A stretch of 64,000 nucleotides of DNA from Hemiscyllium ocellatum (Eukaryota): assembly GCF_020745735.1 (NCBI RefSeq), contig NW_026867516.1, positions 675,144-739,143 on the forward strand, written 5' to 3'. The notes beneath the pieces were generated by a model. It had not been told where the DNA came from and ran no database searches. It saw only the letters and a list, made by a program, of their open reading frames with translations. Of this stretch, positions 63,531-64,000 are shown piece by piece. The translations under genes and the position numbers were made by a program. Within the stretch, counting starts at the first letter, position 1. Every line of letters begins with the position of its first letter.

Positions 63531-64000
63531 CCTGTTAATCAGCATGAACCAGACCCTTCAGGATGAGATGCAGCAGAAATTAGGTTCAACAAAGTGAGAA
63601 TGGAGGGAATGTGTGTGGGATGGAGATTTTCAGCTTCCAGGGAATAAGAGAGGAAAAAGAGTTTGCTGTAAATTAGAATTGATCGGATGGGCCAATGGGC
63701 TGAGGAGTGGCAAATGGAGTTTAATTTAGAGAAATGTGAAGTGTTGCATTTTGTTCAAGCAATCCAGGCAGGACTGACACAGTGAAGGGGAGTGTCACAG
63801 AACAGAGAGACCTTGGAGTGCAGGTTCATGGTTCCTTGAAAGTGAGTCTTAGGAGGTCATGGAGTGGCTGTACAGGACATTGGTTAGGCCACTTTTAGAA
63901 TACTGTGTTCAGTTCTGGTCTCCCTACGCCAGGAAAGATGTTGTGAAACTTTGAAAGGGTTCAGAAAGGATTTTCAAGGCTGTTGCCAGAGTTGGAGTGT

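Overview
Eukaryotic, repeat-saturated DNA, most likely from a shark (inferred from HE1-type SINEs, abundant CR1/HER1-type LINEs, Rex1 and Penelope-like elements). It is a tandem/inverted segmentally duplicated cluster of two-exon, finger-only C2H2 zinc-finger genes (unit ~10-12 kb). One gene is intact (10 fingers, 34228-35085). One is frameshifted but possibly rescued by a new ATG (57375-58103). Two are pseudogenes (~15 kb, ~45 kb). There are also two inverted minus-strand copies that have lost their promoter and/or coding exon, one orphan promoter, and a further unit that runs off the right end. Embedded are a QSOX exon-1 copy with its CpG-rich promoter, a class I (gamma/epsilon-like) ERV pol-env fragment, decayed GalEa-type Copia fragments, two solo LTRs and a Penelope RT/GIY-YIG fragment. 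The most striking structure is ~25 minimal hammerhead-ribozyme motifs in at least four covarying families. Several sit in 95-370 bp non-coding insertions with 11-16 bp target-site duplications, including fold-back forms with the ribozyme in the loop. One is fixed, with a disabled core, in the 5' UTR of three ZNF paralogs. All calls were read by eye; no database searches were run.
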